A DNA stretch of 64,000 bases from positions 384,001 to 448,000 of the forward strand of contig CAWGYA010000002.1 of NCBI GenBank assembly GCA_963826715.1. The letters are read 5' to 3'. Positions 59,519-64,000 of the stretch are shown piece by piece. Source of the DNA: Candidatus Bathyarchaeota archaeon (lineage in GTDB: Archaea; Thermoproteota; Bathyarchaeia; Bathyarchaeales; Bathycorpusculaceae). The notes beneath the pieces are model-generated. The model was not told where the DNA came from. It did not search any database and saw only the letters and a program-made list of their open reading frames with translations. Position numbers and translations under genes: made by a program. Numbering within the stretch: the stretch's first letter is position 1; the number at the start of each line of letters is the position of its first letter.

Positions 59519-59656
59519 ATCTTCTAATGAAACAGCAGAACTTAAAAAGCAAGCTACTTCACTAAACGATAAGCGAGTTTTTGGAAATAAAATATCAATT
59601 ATACCAAATTAATAATTAATTATAGCTAATATTTAATCCTTCAAAAGTGAACTAAT

Positions 59657-60340
59657 TTACAATTTCTTATGACAGCCAAATCGTAAACCATTTTTTCCAT
59701 CAAAAAAATTATTACATGAAGCTTGTTCTATTGATTTATAGCCGATATTTAATAGAAGATAATATTCTTTAAGAACACTTGCTCGATTGTGAGCAATAAT
59801 GTTGTAAATATGTGCGTTATCCTGTGTTTCTAAATGTTTTTTCCAGAGATTTCCAGCTTGACTATCGTCACTGCGGAAGGGATCATCAAAATTACTTATC
59901 CCTAAATTTTTCACCTGTATTTCTTTAGTCTCCTTCTCCACCTTGATTTCTCTGTCAAAGACAATTTCGTCTCGCAATAGGTCACTTAATATTGCCATAT
60001 CAAACTCAGCATTAAAAGCATAGTATGGGCGATTTCGCGCTCCCAAAGATTTTTCAATAGTTATTGCAAACTGCTCAGCGGTAGTTTGAAATGTTTTGGC
60101 TATTACTTCAATATTATCTTCATCCATTATTCCAACGCTTAAGGCTTGATGTTTTGAGTATCGATAAGCCCCATCTAAATAGTTTAAGAAAGGGCCTCCA
60201 TCACTTTTCAAGTCGATAATGGTTCCTTCAAAATTTCGGTAATCTATTTGATAATTATTCATTAATTTAGGGATTTCCAACTTGTATTTCAAGATGCCTG
60301 AACAGTAAGCGGTATCTGAGGTTATCGAATAGTTGCTCAT
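59657..60340 (-). CDS. Hypothetical protein with degenerate RNase H-like/DEDD fold
   Basis: IIDLKSDG, YAFNAEFD, IIAHNRASV. Confidence 0.5.
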   Translation of the reverse strand: MSNYSITSDTAYCSGILKYKLEIPKLMNNYQIDYRNFEGTIIDLKSDGGPFLNYLDGAYRYSKHQALSVGIMDEDNIEVIAKTFQTTAEQFAITIEKSLGARNRPYYAFNAEFDMAILSDLLRDEIVFDREIKVEKETKEIQVKNLGISNFDDPFRSDDSQAGNLWKKHLETQDNAHIYNIIAHNRASVLKEYYLLLNIGYKSIEQASCNNFFDGKNGLRFGCHKKL

Positions 60341-60524
60341 TAGTATCTATTGATCTATGCAACTTAACACAATATATAGTTTATTACGACACGATATATC
60401 ATCTCGAGTGAATTATGTTTCAAGCAAAAGAGTCTCAGTAGCCCCATTGAGAGCTTAATTAAGCCATTTGAAAGGATAAAGTTAATTATTTCAACAACCA
60501 AAACCTTCATTCGGAGAAATATTT

Positions 60525-61322
60525 ATGGAATGGGGAATGAAAAACCGCTTAAGTAAGCTCATACAAAGAGACGGCAAAGCCCTCTTTTTACCTATAGACC
60601 ACGGTTACTTCCAAGGACCGACACACTGCCTCGAAAAACCGGCAGAAACAATCAAGCCGATTTATCAGTATGCGGACGCATTAATGCTAACACGGGGAAT
60701 TCTACGTAATAGCATCGACCCTGCCATCGAAAAACCAATTATAATGCGTGTTAGCGGAGGAGTGTCAGTAGTAGGGGAAGATTTGGCTAACGAGAGCGTA
60801 GTCACCTCCATAGAGGAAATCATTCGACTCAACGCATCCGCTGTTTCCATGTCAGTATTCGTTGGAAGCAAATACGAAAACAAAAGCCTAACCAACCTCT
60901 CAAAGCTTGTTGACGAATGTGAGGAATATGGAGTACCTGTCATGGCGGTCTGCGCCGTCGGCAAAGAACTAGAGAAGAGAGAAGCTAGGTACCTTGCATT
61001 ATCAGCCAGAATAGCAGCTGAAATTGGCGCACGAGTAGTCAAAACCTATTACTGCAAAGAAAATTTCGAGAAGGTTGTGGATGGTTGTCCTGTACCTATC
61101 GTAATTGCAGGTGGACCCAAAACAGAAACCCAGAGGGAAGTTTTCGACTTCGTCTATGACGGCTTACAGAAAGGTGCCGTTGGAGTTAACCTAGGACGCA
61201 ATATCTGGCAAACCCAGTACCCAGTCGCGTCTATTAGAGCTATTCGCGCCATCATACATGAAGGTTACACCGTTGCTGAAGCCGACGACCTTTATAAGCA
61301 GATAATCGCAGGCATAGCCTAA
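60525..61322 (+). CDS. lsrF: LsrF-like class I aldolase/thiolase
   Basis: MEWGMKNRL, DHGYFQGP, AAEIGARVVKTYY, IAGGPK, GRNIWQ. Confidence 0.85.
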   Translation: MEWGMKNRLSKLIQRDGKALFLPIDHGYFQGPTHCLEKPAETIKPIYQYADALMLTRGILRNSIDPAIEKPIIMRVSGGVSVVGEDLANESVVTSIEEIIRLNASAVSMSVFVGSKYENKSLTNLSKLVDECEEYGVPVMAVCAVGKELEKREARYLALSARIAAEIGARVVKTYYCKENFEKVVDGCPVPIVIAGGPKTETQREVFDFVYDGLQKGAVGVNLGRNIWQTQYPVASIRAIRAIIHEGYTVAEADDLYKQIIAGIA

Positions 61323-61335
61323 CCCAAATCTTCCT

Positions 61336-62376
61336 TTGGTGACTTTGATGCTTGCCGCCTTCTATTATAACAACCACGACGTTCGGATCCAAGAAATTCC
61401 AAAGCCCTCTATTAATGATGAAGAAGTATTGCTCAAAGTGATGGCAAGCGGTATCTGCGGTAGTGACGTCATCGAGTGGTATCGTGTTCCTAAGGCCCCA
61501 CGTGTTTTAGGCCATGAAGCCACAGGGATCCTAGAAGAAGTAGGGAACAAAGTCAAATCTGTTGCTATTGGCGACCGCGTCTTTGTCAGCCATCATGTTC
61601 CCTGCTTTAGTTGCCGTCATTGCCAACGCGGCAACCATACCGCCTGCAACACATTACACACCACCAACTACTATCCCGGCGGCTTCAGCCAATACATCAA
61701 AGTTCCTAAAATTAACGTGGAACACGGCATTTACAAACTACCCGAAGACATGAGTTTTGAGGAAGGCACTTTCATTGAGCCGCTGGCATGTGTATCTCGT
61801 GGTCAACGCCTCTCAGGACTAAAAAGCAGCGACACAGCACTCATAATAGGCAGCGGCATTTCAGGCATCCTCCATGTACTGCTAGCGAAGTTCAAGGATG
61901 TGGAACGTATTATAGTCGCTGACATCAACCCTTATCGACTCGAACTTGCCAAAAAATTCGGTGCGCACGAAGCTTTGGATGCAAAAACAAACTTGCCCGA
62001 AAAACTCAAAGAAATCAATGATGGTCATTTAGCTGATCAGGTTATCGTTTGCACAGGCGCCACATCCGCAGCAATTTCAGCAATGGATTGTGTAGAAAAC
62101 GGTGGAACAATTGTTTTCTTTGCAGTACCTGACCCATCTGTAAAGCTGCCCGTTCCTATTAACCAGTTTTGGCGCAACGAAATAACTATGCGCACCAGCT
62201 ATGGCGCCGCTCCCAACGACATTGAAGACTCCATAGGACTGTTGTCGACGGGTCGGTTGGATGTAAAAAATATGATTACGCATCGGCTAGACATTCGCGA
62301 GGCGCAGGAGGGCTTTTGTTTGATGGCAGAGGCGGGAAACTCACTCAAGGTTATTTTGGAACCTAACCGTCCCTAA
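61336..62376 (+). CDS. Zn-dependent alcohol/polyol dehydrogenase
   Basis: GICGSD, GHE, structural Zn CxxCxxC..C, GSGISG. Confidence 0.9.
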   Translation: MVTLMLAAFYYNNHDVRIQEIPKPSINDEEVLLKVMASGICGSDVIEWYRVPKAPRVLGHEATGILEEVGNKVKSVAIGDRVFVSHHVPCFSCRHCQRGNHTACNTLHTTNYYPGGFSQYIKVPKINVEHGIYKLPEDMSFEEGTFIEPLACVSRGQRLSGLKSSDTALIIGSGISGILHVLLAKFKDVERIIVADINPYRLELAKKFGAHEALDAKTNLPEKLKEINDGHLADQVIVCTGATSAAISAMDCVENGGTIVFFAVPDPSVKLPVPINQFWRNEITMRTSYGAAPNDIEDSIGLLSTGRLDVKNMITHRLDIREAQEGFCLMAEAGNSLKVILEPNRP

Positions 62377-62593
62377 TTCGCCCTTTCACTTTGTTTTCGC
62401 TGCAATAATCCAAATGATTACACCAAACTACAGGCTGATGAATTCCAAACTCATTTACTGATTCTGTTTAAGATAAAATCATTGGGGTCACTGTTGAATT
62501 CAAAATGAAACAGAATGCAAAGGTTTTTGACTTTGTCTAGGATCAGCACAATTAACCATAGGGATAAAAAACCTACGGAACATAGAAGATTAT

Positions 62594-63208
62594 ATGTTTC
62601 TCAAAGAATCCATAAGAAACCGCCGAAGCATCCGCAAATACCAACTGAAGGAAGTCCCCTGCGAATTAATATTAGAGATTTTAGAAGCCACAAGTTGGGC
62701 CCCTTCTCCCCATAACTGCCAACCATGGCGTTTTATTGTTATACAAGATACCAAAACTAAGGAGGAATTGGCTGAGGCTATGGCAGAGGCGTGGGCTGTT
62801 GATTTAATACGCGATGGTGCAACAGTGGAAAAGGCTATGCGTATGGAGCGGGTGAAACGCTTCGCCAATGCGCCAGCACTGATTCTCGCTTGTTTAACAA
62901 TGGAAGGGCTCAGAAAATTCTCTGACGCCGAGCGGCAGAACTTTGAGCGGGATTTGGCTGTAGAAAGTTTGGGGGCGACTATAGAGAACATGCTATTGGT
63001 TGCACATTCCATTGGGCTGGGAGCTTGCTGGTTCTGTTCACCAGCGTTCTGTAAGCAAACTGTGCGGGAAAAATTGAAGATCCCGCTTGACGTGGAGCCT
63101 TCGGCTTTGATTATTTTGGGTTACCCAAATGAGAAGCCACCTACTCCAGCCAAAAAGCCTCTGAGGGAAGTCTGCTATCTCGATGTCTGGGGAAGGGAGT
63201 TAAGTTGA
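62594..63208 (+). CDS. Nitroreductase family protein (FbiB C-terminal-like)
   Basis: RRSIRKY, APSPHNCQPWRF, GLGACW, LGYP. Confidence 0.88.
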   Translation: MFLKESIRNRRSIRKYQLKEVPCELILEILEATSWAPSPHNCQPWRFIVIQDTKTKEELAEAMAEAWAVDLIRDGATVEKAMRMERVKRFANAPALILACLTMEGLRKFSDAERQNFERDLAVESLGATIENMLLVAHSIGLGACWFCSPAFCKQTVREKLKIPLDVEPSALIILGYPNEKPPTPAKKPLREVCYLDVWGRELS

Positions 63209-63529
63209 TTTTATCATTACAAGCAACATCTTGAAGCGGTTCTTCGCCGCCACTGCATGCGGTTGGTTCGCAGGCATGATAGTGGTTTCACCTGCTTTCA
63301 GATTCAGGGTATTGCCGGCAATCGTAACTTGAGCTTGACCATCTAAAATGTAGACCATAGCATCATAGGGTGCAGTATGCTCGCTCAAACCCTGGCCAGC
63401 ATCAAATGCAAACAACGTAACTGTCCCCGCGGACTTATCGATTAGAGTGCGGCTCACCAAAGAGCCATCCTGATATGCAATCAAGTCCATGAGAGTAGAC
63501 ACTTTTGAGGTTAGATTATCCTTAGACAT
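63200..63529 (-). CDS. Cupin domain protein
   Basis: FDAGQGLSEHTAP..MPANQPHAV. Confidence 0.88.
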   Translation of the reverse strand: MSKDNLTSKVSTLMDLIAYQDGSLVSRTLIDKSAGTVTLFAFDAGQGLSEHTAPYDAMVYILDGQAQVTIAGNTLNLKAGETTIMPANQPHAVAAKNRFKMLLVMIKST

Positions 63530-63562
63530 CCTGTATCATCACTATATTGTAGCTGTTGACAG

Positions 63563-63973
63563 TTATTTCTTTAGCTGTTCTTGTTCGTCTGGAATGAAAT
63601 TCATCGAAATTGAGTTAACACAGTGCCGGGTATTATTTGACGTAAAATGTTCCCCTGTGAAAACATGACCGAGGTGAGCGCCACAGTTCACACACTGGAT
63701 TTCTGTGCGGACACCATCGGGGTCGAGCAATCTCTTCACCGCACCAGGGATTTCCTCATCGAAGCTGGGCCAGCCACAGTTTGCCTCAAATTTATTTTCA
63801 GAGCGGTAAAGTTTTGCCCCACAGCGTTTACAAACATAGGTACCTTTTTCCCAGAATGCAAAGTATTTTCCTGTAAAGGGCATCTCGGTGCCTTTATTCA
63901 TTATAACATGTTCCTCTTCAGGACTAAGTTTTTTGAGTTTAGACTGATGTGGGATTGAAGACAAAATATTCAC
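63563..63973 (-). CDS. msrB: Methionine-R-sulfoxide reductase
   Basis: GTEMPFTG, CGWPSF, HLGHVF, RHCVNS. Confidence 0.95.
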   Translation of the reverse strand: MNILSSIPHQSKLKKLSPEEEHVIMNKGTEMPFTGKYFAFWEKGTYVCKRCGAKLYRSENKFEANCGWPSFDEEIPGAVKRLLDPDGVRTEIQCVNCGAHLGHVFTGEHFTSNNTRHCVNSISMNFIPDEQEQLKK

Positions 63974-64000
63974 CGCTATAATTAGCGTAATGCTTGGTAA

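Noticed and set aside
60525-62376. AI-2 quorum-sensing pathway inferred from lsrF
   Set aside because: No lsrK, lsrG or lsrABCD nearby; pairing with a Zn dehydrogenase fits generic sugar metabolism

Overview
Archaeal chromosomal window, most likely Bathyarchaeia/TACK. This is an inference from the fused rpoA1/A2, unsplit rpoB, rpl30e-nusA, aIF-2alpha, a BHB-intron tRNA, Mvh/Hdr, a tungsten AOR and a diphthamide-less EF-2 paralog. 1-16.5 kb: cdc6, a translationally coupled Smc5/6-like short SMC + kleisin-like + KITE-like operon, the RNA polymerase cluster and an orphan DNA methyltransferase. 16.67-32.86 kb: a ~16.2-kb element integrated in tRNA-Leu(CAA) and bounded by a 19-bp att direct repeat. 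It carries a tyrosine integrase, regulators, a type I RM relic, a solo dnaJ, and a ParB/ABC-ATPase/GNAT module whose last two ORFs look joined by a -1 frameshift (A9 run plus hairpin). It also carries the best novelty candidate: a cobalamin-dependent radical SAM enzyme coupled to a protein with four copies of an (W/V)MEPAH motif, a possible new protein/peptide-modification system. 33-64 kb: housekeeping and metabolism (PepF, AOR, Xaa-Pro peptidase, tRNA-Ile2, Ogg1, EF-2 paralog, purine genes, CorA-like transporter, hdrCB-mvhGA, LsrF-like aldolase, MsrB). All calls come from motif recognition by eye; no searches were run.
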